This document shows, piece by piece, positions 25,873 through 37,143 of a DNA stretch of 64,000 nucleotides (position 1 is its first letter; each line of letters begins with the position of its first letter). The notes beneath the pieces are model-generated. The model made no database searches. It was not told where the DNA came from and saw only the letters and a list, made by a program, of their open reading frames with translations. The position numbers were made by a program, and so were the translations under genes. The stretch covers positions 100,502,001 through 100,566,000 of the forward strand of contig NC_043004.1 of the NCBI RefSeq assembly GCF_006345805.1, read 5' to 3'. The DNA is from Octopus sinensis. Taxonomy: Eukaryota.

Positions 25873-25918
25873 AACACAACGTTTCGGCTGATATAACCTC
25901 CAGCCTTCTTCAGGTGTC
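25873..25918 (-). ncRNA. Minimal type I hammerhead ribozyme motif (Penelope-type)
   Basis: Minus strand: GACAC-CUGAAGA-A-GGCUG(gagguuauau)CAGCC-GAAAC-GUU-GUGUU. Stem I GACAC/GUGUU, perfect 5-bp stem II, palindromic ACGU in place of stem III, predicted cleavage after GUU. Confidence 0.75.
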
Positions 25919-25981
25919 TTGGGGAAATTTCGAACCTGGGTTCTCATTCCTAACGTATTCTTCGATGTTATTATTATTATT

Positions 25982-26487
25982 GAGTGAGAGAGCAGAGCAT
26001 GCCATCAAAGTGACACTGGGGTAAAATATACGAAGCCCAGTATACCCATCATGACTACCCGTCTGATAAGGGTACACCAGGCACATGCATCACAACCATA
26101 TGTGCGCGACATGGTGATCTCATATCAAGATAAACAGCACATGACCTTGCAGGTGGAGCCCAGTTAGAATTTTCTTCAGATCGAGTAACCCATCCCGCTC
26201 AAAAGGTCCCTGAATAAGGGTTGTTTAAGGACGTTGAACGAAACACCCATGTTTCCAGAGGTGAATTATTCAAACCCCAAAGAATCCTTCTCAACACATG
26301 GCTATGATGCTCCCCCACTACTTCTGCTCGTGATCAGAGATGCACATATTGTCAGCCACTAAAGGACATGCTCAACTGGTTAAAGTCAAACAACTGACAA
26401 GCAAATCTGTGGTATTGAGCAGAATATTTGCTGTAGCCCATCTTTTATACCAAGACAAAACAATGTACATGATAACACTTCCAATCA

Positions 26488-26488
<1 letters not shown>
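25982..26488 (-). mobile_element. ~507-bp non-coding insert within the (TAA)n spacer of SINE E
   Basis: Unique-looking sequence absent from the second SINE E copy and flanked by (TTA)n on both sides. Minus strand ends CTCTCTCACTCA(AAT)n like a LINE 3'UTR. Confidence 0.65.
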
Positions 26489-26553
<65 letters not shown>

Positions 26554-26789
26554 GTTCAGGTCACTGCTTGGAATCGAACTCGGAATCTTGGGGTTAGTAG
26601 CCCGCGCTCTTAATCACTACGCCATATGCCCGTGGGCATAAGTTGTAGGAGATATGTAACAATCGGATGTTTCAGCAACAAGAGATATAAAGAGAAGGAA
26701 ATGACTGACCTCTAGGAAATACAGGGCCTTCGAGGTTTTCTTTGGTGCGTGTCTATTGCCCAGAGTGATGAATATTTATATATACTCTT

Positions 26790-27152
26790 TTATTCCCTTA
26801 TTCTTTTACTTGCTTCAGACATTTGGCTGCGGTCATGCTGGAGCACCGCTTTGAAGGGTTTCTTTTGCTTAGTCGAACAAATTTATCCAGGGCTTATCTC
26901 TTTAACTCTAGTACTTATTCAATCGGTCTCTTTTACCGAATGACTAAATTACTGAGATGTAAACACATCAGCAGCGCTTGTCAAGTGGTGACGGGAGACG
27001 TACACATAGATACATACGTGCTAAATCCACTCACAAGGCTTAGGTTGGCCGAGGTTACAGTAGAAGACACTAGCCCGAGGTGCCACACAGAGGGACTGAA
27101 CTCTGAACCATGTGGTTGGGAAGCAATCATCTCACAACACGCCACTCTACAC
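26790..27152 (-). mobile_element. Diverged SINE family A
   Basis: Tail, body and head recognisable, with an internal deletion. Confidence 0.75.
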
Positions 27153-27163
27153 CCTATATATAT

Positions 27164-27206
<43 letters not shown>

Positions 27207-27238
27207 ACATACATACATATATATATATATACATACAT

Positions 27239-27361
<123 letters not shown>

Positions 27362-27676
27362 TACATGCATGTATATATATATATACATACATACATACAT
27401 GCATACATACATACATACATACATACAAAATAACATACATACATACATACAATACATACATACATACATACATACATAGGTGCAGAAGTGTATATATGTG
27501 TGTGTATATATGTAGGTATGTAGGTGTGTATGTATATAGTTATGGTATATTCTGTTGAAAACGTAGTAGAGCACAGTAGAAAACTCGTCCACCTTCAGAT
27601 TTACCCTGTGCTATCCAGTAGTAGTATTATACGTACTTCCAGGTTTGAGCTTGGACATCTGTCGTGAGAGGGTAGA

Positions 27677-28140
27677 TAACTAAAAAAATTGAGTACACAA
27701 GACAGTTAGACATTTATTTTTTTAATCACTACAATTGTTTCCTCGCAACGTAGTTCTCTTGTTGTGCAGGTACATGATTATGCGACGGTCTCATTGAATT
27801 ATGAGATCTAGTTGTTTCCTCAGTCGATATGTTAATATTGTCTCAGTAAATTTATAGTCCTCGGATTCAAGAATATCCCTTCTGTCTGTCGTGGCTGAAT
27901 TCAATACTACTACTCAGGCCTCGACAGACAGAGAGGATTTTCTTGAAGCCAAAGATTTTAGACTTATGGGGACAATATTTACATATCGCCTGAGGAGACA
28001 CAATTCATAATGTAGGGAAGCATTTGAATAATCAAGTATCTTCACCCTTGGAGAACTACGTTGCCTGGAAACAATTGCAGTGATTTAAAAATAAATATTT
28101 AACCGTACCCCTTCTTGTTGACTCCAATTTTTTCCAATTA
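27677..28140. repeat. Long palindromic fold-back element (MITE-like)
   Basis: ~220-bp arms are reverse complements (about 75% by eye) around a 15-nt loop at 27899-27913. Confidence 0.85.
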
Positions 28141-28149
28141 TGTGTGTAC

Positions 28150-28388
28150 TGCGCGTGCGCGTCTGTGTATTTGTGAGTATTTGTGTGTCTGGGTTCGTCC
28201 CCAACCATCGCTGATGTTGGTGTGTTTATGTCCCTGTAACTTAGCGGTTCGGCTAAAGAAAGTGGTCGAATAAGTACAAGGTTTACAATGAATAAGTCCT
28301 GAGATCGATTTGTTCGACTAAAGGCGGTGCTCCAGCATGGCCGCAGTCAAATGACTGAACCAAGTAAAGTAATTAAAAATAAAAGAGT

Positions 28389-28441
<53 letters not shown>

Positions 28442-28442
28442 C

Positions 28443-28485
<43 letters not shown>

Positions 28486-28529
28486 GAGACAGATAGACAG
28501 ATAGATAGATAGATAGATAGATAGAACAG

Positions 28530-28583
<54 letters not shown>

Positions 28584-28633
28584 GACAGATAGATAGACAG
28601 ATAGATAGAAGATAGATAGATAGATAGATAGAC

Positions 28634-28688
<55 letters not shown>

Positions 28689-28703
28689 CAGATAGACAGA
28701 TAG

Positions 28704-28743
<40 letters not shown>

Positions 28744-28744
28744 G

Positions 28745-28826
<82 letters not shown>
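28150..28826 (+). repeat. 3' half of a SINE A followed by a ~435-bp (GATA)n array
   Basis: SINE body and tail 28150-28390; array 28390-28826. Confidence 0.85.
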
Positions 28827-29343
28827 GTGGTTTAGAAGTTGAAGAAAAGGATAAAAATATTCGTAAACTTTTTGGGATTCCTAATCTGCATAAATTTCCT
28901 TTTAAAAGTAGATTCATAGCAGGAGCTAGTAATTGTACAAATAAACGGCTATTTATATTGGTTAATGATGTTTTAAAAGTAGTTAGAGCTTTTTTTAAAA
29001 ACATATTGTGATAAAATTTATAAGAGTTCGGGAATTAATTATTTTTGGTGTATTAGATCAACTAAGGTGGTGATCAAACGGCGGTGCATCAGCATGGCCG
29101 CTGCTCTGAGCTGAAACTAGAGAGAGAGAAAAAAATAAGGAAATTCTGGATTGACTGATTAAATGCAAGAAGTTTAAGTGTATGTACGTGTACGAAACTT
29201 CGACGCTATATACAAACTTAAATCTTAAATATGTAGAAGAAGGTACTTTTAGTATATTAGATATTATATATAATAAAGGATATAAATGAATATCTTGAAA
29301 GAATGGTAAAGGTTTCTTGTTTAATTGTTGTTATGAGGGATAT

Positions 29344-29638
29344 CACGTGACTACGTGACCGACCAGACCATCAGATGTTGTTACACATCGCTGGTCACAA
29401 TGCGTTCGCCTTCGAATGACGCCACCCCGCTGGCTAAGCGAGCAGGCCAACAGAAGAAAGAGTGGGAGAAAGAGTGGTGAAAGAGTACAGCAGGGATCAC
29501 CATCCCCTGCCGGAGCCTCGTGGAGCTTTTTAGGTGTTTTCGCTCAATAAACACTCACAACGCCCGGTCTGGGAATCGAAACCGCGATCCTGCGACCGCG
29601 AGTCCACTGCCCTAACCACTAGGCCATTGCGCCTCCAC
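29344..29638 (-). mobile_element. SINE family D, tail type 1, inserted in the PLE RT
   Basis: Homologous to 1919-2220; 11-bp TSD AT(G/A)AGGGATAT at 29333-29343 and 29639-29649. Confidence 0.9.
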
Positions 29639-30311
29639 ATAAGGGATATACTAATATAAATAAGAGAAAGATGAAAGAGATGGTTAGTTTTTTGTTATGA
29701 ATAATTCGTTTGTATGTTGTAGTTAGGGTGGTTGAGCAGTCTAGGGGAATTCTAATGGGTGGAAATTGTAGCCCTCTATTGGTGGACGCTTATCTTTCTT
29801 CATGCGAGTTCCTTTTTCTTAAAGACCTATGTGCGAGGAAAAAGCTTGGTTTGCTTAAACAACTTAATGAATGTTGCAGACACATAGATGATATATTTAT
29901 ACCTAATTATGGTTTCTTTGAATTTTCCTCATAAAAATATACCCTAGTGAGCTTAAGACCACCAGAAATGGTGATAATATAAAGAATATTAATTATTCAG
30001 ATGTCAATTTAGTAATTAAGGATAATAACGAGATATGCGCTGATATTTATAATAAAACAGATTTTGGTTTCCAAGTAGCTTTAATACCATGGTTCAGTAG
30101 TAGAATTCCTTCTTTTATAGGTTATGGTTTTTTTTTTCAGACCAGGTTATCAGGTATGGTACCATTATTAATAATACTGATAGATTTTTGGAAAGAAAAA
30201 ACTAGACTGTTAATGTATTAAGTAAAGCAAGGATGGTAAATTAGTTAAAAAGCTTAATCGCTGTTTAGGTGGAAGACTGGAAATGTTTTAATAAATATGG
30301 TGTAATATCTA

Positions 30312-30544
30312 TTTCTTTACTACCCACAAGGGGCTAAACACAGAGGGGACAAACAAGGACAGACAAACGGATTAAGTCGATTATATCGACCCCAGTGCCT
30401 AACTAGTACTTATTAAATCGACCCCGAAAGGATGAAAGGCAAAGTCGACCTCGGCATAATTTGAACTCAGAACGTAGCGGCAGACGAAATACCACTAAGC
30501 ATTTCGCCCGGCGTGCTAACGTTTCTGCCAGCTCGCCGCCTTAT
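30312..30544 (-). mobile_element. Full-length SINE family B (long tail) inserted in the PLE RT
   Basis: Perfect 16-bp TSD TATGGTGTAATATCTA at 30296-30311 and 30545-30560. Confidence 0.93.
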
Positions 30545-31505
30545 TATGGTGTAATATCTAACCTTCAGCTTAGTAAATATTTGTAAACGTCTGGACTGTT
30601 TACAAGTCACCCTAAATTGCACACTACGTCACCAAAATTGTTAACGACAATTGAGAAAGTAGTGAATTACGCACAACGTCATCCACAGCTAAGACAGTCT
30701 TTTGAGAATATAGTTGACTGAACCTCCAGGGTCCAGATAACATGTAAGTGATAATACTTTGTATTTCATATTATCTTTCAAACAGTTATATATTTAGCTT
30801 TAATCGTAACAAGGTTTTTATAATAATTGTTAATTACAGGTATTCTTTTATTAGTTCCTATTTATAAGGATATTTTAGTATTACCTATTATGTTACTAGT
30901 ATAAATTTAACACCAAAGCATGTAAGGATAACGAATATTTGATACGTATGTAATGTTTTAATTCTGAACTTTTGGATTATGAAATAGTGTAAATCACTCA
31001 GATTTAGTTATATTATTAGTTAAGTTAATTTCAATCGGGTTAGTTTTGTTTTGGAGGGAATAGAATATAAAAGCTTTCACTTTTATATTAAAAACTATGA
31101 AAAACTGGTGGGAATATTATCTGCATGGACTTCAAGGGCTAGGTTTCTATGTAGTTAGATAATTTAGGAGTTAGTTATAGGTTTACTTACTGAATTTATT
31201 TACCGATACTGTTTTTGTACATGGAGTAAATGTGCTACTTTGACGCAGTTTAATTAATAATGTTATGTTTAATCCTTCCTAGAATTAAGATTGAATGAAT
31301 GTGGTGATATCTAAGGTATGTTTGTCCCAAACAATACTTATTTTAGGGCTGTTGATACCGCAGGATTGAGTGGTACTGCCCAGGTGTCGAAACCATAGTG
31401 ATATCCATGGGGTTGCTGATGATGGTTGTATATTGGATTGTTGGTATTGCTGTTACTGTATGTGAAGAATAGTTTTATAACACATCTATTTGATATATAT
31501 ACATA

Positions 31506-32745
31506 TAGGGAGCGTAAGATATTTGAAGACAGATTTATGTTTATAAAAATAAACAGATATATAATAACAGATAGTAATTTTATTTTTCAAAAAATGCTAT
31601 GAGGATAAAAATAAGCCTTCATTTCTGTAATGTTATTCAATAAAGCCACATTCAGCACCAACAACTCCTTCTATATGAGATCTAAATTATCAACATACTC
31701 GAATCAAGTGGACCTGGTTCAGTTTAGACATTACTCTAAATCTTTGGTGTTATTGGTGTGTTCATTGACCTCTCACTCAACAACGCTCCACATGTAGTAG
31801 TCCAATGGATTGAGATGTGGAGAATTAGGAGGCCAAATGTTAGGGGTTATGCGATTATGAAAATTTTCAGTCATCCATTCCTGTGTTACTAGAGCCATAT
31901 GTGACAGTGCAGTCTTACGGCAACACATATGGCCTTTCATTGCATATACTGTCTATCCAAGGCTTAGCAATTGTTTCCAGGACCTCAATGTAGGCGACAG
32001 AGTTAACTCTAAGGTCTTGTGGAAAGAAGTAAGGAGACATCACATGTCCTTAATTGCTGACAACCCCTAAAACCATGACAGTTGCAGGAAATTTTGTATG
32101 CATAACACTTGGAACTTCAGAAGGGTCTGCACATGGCCATCTGTCATTTCTTCTGCTAACTTTTTGATCTTGGTTGAAGTTTTTCTTGTTTGAGAAAAAT
32201 CAAATCAAATCTTCTGCTGGATTTTTCAGTTTGTTTAAGAGCCTTTTAGATCTGATGTAGTGATTTTCTTTTGCTTTTTCTGACAAACGGACCTTTCTTT
32301 ATCATATAAGACTTATATCTGATGTCTTCGTGGACAACATTTCTGACTGCTCCTTCTGAAACATGGGGATCTTTTGCAATTGACCTCATGGACTTTTTGG
32401 GATTGTGATCAATGGTCTGTTGAACTTGTTGGATAAATTCAGGTTTTTTGATGATTTCAGAGTGTTCAGAATACTTTTTATGCTTTGATATTGGGGATAC
32501 GTTTCCATCTTTAGTTTCTAGCTTCTTACAAACTCTGTAGACGAAAGATCTGGCACCTTTTAAAAATCGAGATATATCTAAGGCAATTCTCTTTTTCATC
32601 ACAGAGTAGATTCTTGCAAGAACGCTCCTCCTGGATAGACTGGAATTCATTAACGCAAAATATCTCCGATAGAACCAATATGGACTCAGACTTTACAGAA
32701 GCCCCCACCGACATGGCATCTGTTCCCAGACAACTCTACGAAAAT
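31506..32745 (-). mobile_element. Defective maT/mori-type (DD37D) Tc1/mariner-superfamily transposon
   Basis: Minus strand: KSMRSIAKD..IRYKSY..(W)FFS(DE)KNFNQD..RNDRW..MHTKFPATVMVLGVVS..YVL(Q)D..WPPNSPHLNPLDYYMW. 37 residues lie between the 2nd and 3rd D after correcting one frameshift. TIRs are degraded, so the ends are approximate. Confidence 0.85.
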
Positions 32746-33189
32746 GCAGGAAAATGAATATACGATTATATAGAGTTAGTTAATTGACCACTTAACTTAT
32801 CGATTGCTTGAATGATTGACTAAAGTGATCGATTTAATCGCGTTTTACAGTAGATGCCTGGGAAAATAGCGTGGATTATATCGTGAAACTCCCGAGTAAT
32901 CAACAGCTGAGTGGATCCGTTTTTGCTTTGAACAGAACGAAAATTAAATTTGTGTGATGCAGTTATACTTGATATTATTTTTGCTGCTGATTGGCCCCGT
33001 GGTAAACAACAGCAGAGAGAACTGCTATCGAAGAAGGTTCTATCTATGAACATACCGTTTCTTCTTCTAGGATATTATTTAATGTATACTTTTTTATAAA
33101 ACTGGAGACTGTGATTTGACGGAACATTGGGCTGCTCTTTCTTATTTGTCGAGACGACAGACATAGGATTCCGCGTAATATCTAATGCT

Positions 33190-33502
33190 GATTCCAATGA
33201 TGAAAATGATGTTGATGATGATGACGACAATGACGACGACAATGAAGATGTTGACGACGACGACGACAATGATGATGTTGATGACGACGACGACGACGAC
33301 GATGATGATGATGATGATGATGTGATGATGATGACGACGACGACGATGATGATGATGATGTTGATGATGATGATGATGATGATGATGACGACGACGACGA
33401 TAATGATGATGTTGATGACGACGACGATGATGATGATGATGATGATGATAATGATGATGTTGATGATGATTATGATGGTGCTGTTGATGATGATGATAAT
33501 GG

Positions 33503-33541
<39 letters not shown>

Positions 33542-34260
33542 GGATGATGATGATGATGATGATGATGTTGATGATGATTATGATGGTGCTGTTGATGATG
33601 ATGATGATGATGATGGTGCTGCTGCTGCTGTTAATGATGCCACTGTTCTTGTGCAGCTGTTGTTGATGCTGCTCGCTGCCGCTGCTATTTCTGTTGCTAC
33701 CGCTGCCGCCGCCTCTACTACCGCTGCGGCTGCCGCTGCTGCTGCTTATGATGATGATGATGATGATGATGTCATCCTTGTATCAATTAGCTTGACCTGC
33801 TGACACTCACAGAAGTTTTGCGGGCGTTTCATTGTCTCCATTGTCATTGCATCTTTTCTTCTTCCCTCTCTTTCATCATCCTCATCTTCGTCGTCGTCGT
33901 CGTCGTCGTCGTCGTTCTCACCGTCGTCATCACCTTCTTCTTCTTCTTTTTCTTCTTCTTCTTATTCTTCTTCTTCTCCTTTCTTTTCTTCTTTTCCTTT
34001 ATCTTCCTTCTGATACTGCTTTCATTTCACTAACACTACCACCAACATCATTATCATCATCATCATCATCATCATCATCATCGTCGTCGTCGTCGTCATC
34101 GTCACCGGCGTCATCACCATCATCATCAACTCCTCCTCATTTAACCTCACCACCACTACCATCACCACCATCCCCATCACCACCATCCCCATCACCACCA
34201 CCACCTTCACCACCACCACCACCATCACCATCAGCAGCAGCAGCATCATCATCAAAAGGA
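33190..34260. repeat. Compound trinucleotide tracts: (GAT/GAC/GCT)n then (TCA/TCG/ACC)n
   Basis: Visible; source of the poly-D/M/S ORFs. Confidence 0.95.
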
Positions 34261-35329
34261 TTTTCATCACCTATTTCTTCCCGCTTATTCTCGCCGTCTA
34301 TCTCTGGCATTCCATATCAGGTACCTACTCTTTCTTTTCCCTGACAGTGCGTTCCCCACACTTTCAGCCTCAACCTCATCTCCATTCGCTACCACCAGCG
34401 CTACCATCACCATTATTTTCCTTCTTCTTCCTCTCCACCACTAACATTGACCTTGATCTGACCTCTCAACGGAACGCCTGTTCCATAAGCACAGATCTGT
34501 TCCGAACTTGTTCTATTAAGGCAGATTTGTGTTTGATTCACTAATGATAGTGACGGAGTGAGTGGTAGAGGTACAGAGGTGAAGGGGTTTGGAAGGAAGG
34601 AGAAATAGTAAGAATGTAAGAGAGAGAGGGTGTTGGAGGAGAAAAGGAGAGACTTAAGAAGAGTTTAAAAATGTGATATGGACGTAATTGAGGGAGGAAA
34701 TTGCGGAGCGTGTGAGGAAGAGACAGGTGGTAGTGGATGAGGAGAAAAGGAATGATAGATAAAAATAGTTAGAGAGAAGGGTCTGTGGAGCGTAGAGAAG
34801 GAAAACAAGGAGGAAGGAGATGGTTTACGGGGAAGAAGGAATATGGGGATGTAGAGAAGGAAGGAAACGGAGGGACTGAGGAAGAGGAGACGATTTAGGG
34901 AGGGCGGAGAGTGTGTGTGCTGAAGGTGAGATTGAAATAGAGAGAAGGGGACAGGGGTTTGAGGAATAAGGAAGAGAGACAGAGATGTAGGGAAACTAGA
35001 TGTTTGGTGAAAGGAACTTAGACAAAGAGTGAAGTAGAGATGTGATGGAGGTATATATAGAGAAAATGCATGATGAATTACGGAGAGGGAGGGAAAGCGC
35101 ATGCGTGTGTGCGTGTGTATGTGTGTATGTGTGTGTATGTGCCCGCGTACAGGTTTGTATGTGTGTGTGTATGGTTGAATGAGTGTGTGAGAGAGAGAGG
35201 ACATATGTGTGTGTGAGAGAGAGAGCATGTGTGAGAGAGAGAGAAAGCGAGAAAGAGAGAGATAAGGGTGGGTAGAGAGCGAAAATATCGGGTTTTATGG
35301 GAAATGTAAAGTGAAAGAAAAATGGAGAA

Positions 35330-35518
35330 AGTAGAAAGTTAAGCAAAGTCTAAAGAAAGAGAGAAAAAAGAAAGAAAAAAGAGAAAAAAGATAAGAGAAA
35401 GAGCAAAAGGGGAACAAAAGAAGAAACAGTAGGGAAGGTTTAACACACAAAGCATGAACTATGGTGAAAGAGAGAGAGAAGGAAAGAGGGAGATACACAG
35501 ACAAACAGAGAGAGAGAG

Positions 35519-35551
<33 letters not shown>

Positions 35552-35734
35552 GAGAGAGGGGGAGAGAGAAATGGAGATAGACAGAAGTGCAAAGATGAAC
35601 ATAGTGTTTGGACAGTGGAAATAGAAGGTGAAAAGGAACGAAGTTAGAGAGAAGAAGAGTAAGTGAAAGACAGAAGGAGAAAACTAAATGAGAAATGCAG
35701 AAGGAAACAAAACGAAATGAGAATGAAAGAAATA

Positions 35735-35770
<36 letters not shown>

Positions 35771-35922
35771 GAGAAAGAAAAAAGAAAGAGAGAAAGAGAA
35801 AGAAAGAAAGAAAGAGAGAAAGACAGAAAGAAAGAAAGAAAAAAAGAGAAAGAGAGAGAGAGAAAGAAAGAGAGAGAGAAAGAAAGAAAGAGAGAGAGAG
35901 AAAGAGAGAGAGAAAAAGAAAA

Positions 35923-35953
<31 letters not shown>

Positions 35954-36080
35954 AAGAAAGAGAGAGAGAAAGAAAAAGAGAGAGAGAGAAAGAAAGAAGG
36001 AGGAAAGAAGGAAAGAAAGAAAGAAAGAATGAAAAAAAGAAACAAAGAAAGAAAGAAGGAAAGAAAGAAGGAAAGAAAGT
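35330..36080. repeat. Polypurine (GA/GAAA)n tract
   Basis: Almost pure A/G on the plus strand. Confidence 0.95.
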
Positions 36081-36741
36081 AGGCCCATTTAACTAAACCA
36101 TTCTTTAGAAATTTAACTGCATGATTTAATAAACAGCTGATGGAAAAGTAGAAGAGGAACGGGCAATTTTGATTAAACTATGGAAAGCATATTTGCCGGG
36201 CTTTTTGATTGGCTGGTTGATGTAATTACAGTAGATTCGGAAGAAGATGAAAAAGAAAAGAGAAAAAGAAGAAAATTAACCTTGAAAATGCCCCAACAAT
36301 TAGGTGTAAATATGGCGGCCAGAGACGTTGGCTGTCTCTTTATTATAGATGAAGCTTGATTAGATTAAGCAAGAAATCTGAATTAAGTTTTATTTTTATA
36401 AAAGATATTAAAAATAATCTTGTGAAATATTATAAACCTATATTATATTAAATTAGGAATTTTGTTATTATTTGTCTCTGACTAATCATCATTCTATTGT
36501 CTCTGACTTTTGATATTGCCTTCAATAAAGTTTCCACTTGGTTTTGAAACAGGAAGTTTGTTTTGTGCGAATCTTTCGTTGCTGATTGGCTCATCATTTT
36601 CTTTCTTTTTTTGTTTTTCTATTTTTTGTTCTTTTCTTTTGCATAATATGGCGAGTTAACCTTTCGTTTAGCTCATAAAGTTTAAGAAATTATACAAACA
36701 TATATACGTACATACTTAGGAACATACATATAACTATGTAC

Positions 36742-36884
<143 letters not shown>

Positions 36885-36885
36885 G

Positions 36886-36949
<64 letters not shown>

Positions 36950-37099
36950 TATACATATATCCATATATGCGTGCATGTGTGTAATATATGCATGTATATG
37001 TACATATATATATTGTGCGCATGTATACACACACTCATATATATACATATATACACATATATATACAGACATACATATATGCATATATACATATATATA

Positions 37100-37143
<44 letters not shown>

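Larger units (their letters stand above)
25785..26639 (-). mobile_element. SINE family E: tRNA-like head, (AAT)n spacer and Penelope-type tail with hammerhead motif (carries a nested insert)
   Basis: 15-bp TSD AAGTTGTAGGAGATA at 25770-25784 and 26640-26654. Head at 26554-26639 has A-box-like TGGCGTAGTGA and B-box-like GAGTTCGATTCC. Tail at 25785-25970 is homologous to 59304-59490. Confidence 0.88.
28830..30620 (+). pseudogene. Decayed Penelope-like element reverse transcriptase (Naiad/Chlamys-type), interrupted by SINEs
   Basis: LFGIPNLHKFPFKSRFIAGASNCTNKRL..YCDKIYKSSGINYFW; STLYTNL; QSRGILMGGNCSPLLVDAYL..RHIDDIF; YPSELKTT..YSDVNL..DIYNKTDFGF..IPSFIGYG..DQVIRY. The motif order matches PLE RTs (IPKLHK.P.K.RFIA; GIPMG.NC.PLLAD; RYIDD; YP.EL; LYDKRDDF; SQLIRY). 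Confidence 0.85.

Noticed and set aside
31349-31394. Hammerhead-like CTGTTGA-TACC..GGTGTC-GAAACC downstream of the PLE RT
   Set aside because: The core deviates (A6 missing) and no stem I complement is found; at best a heavily decayed relic.
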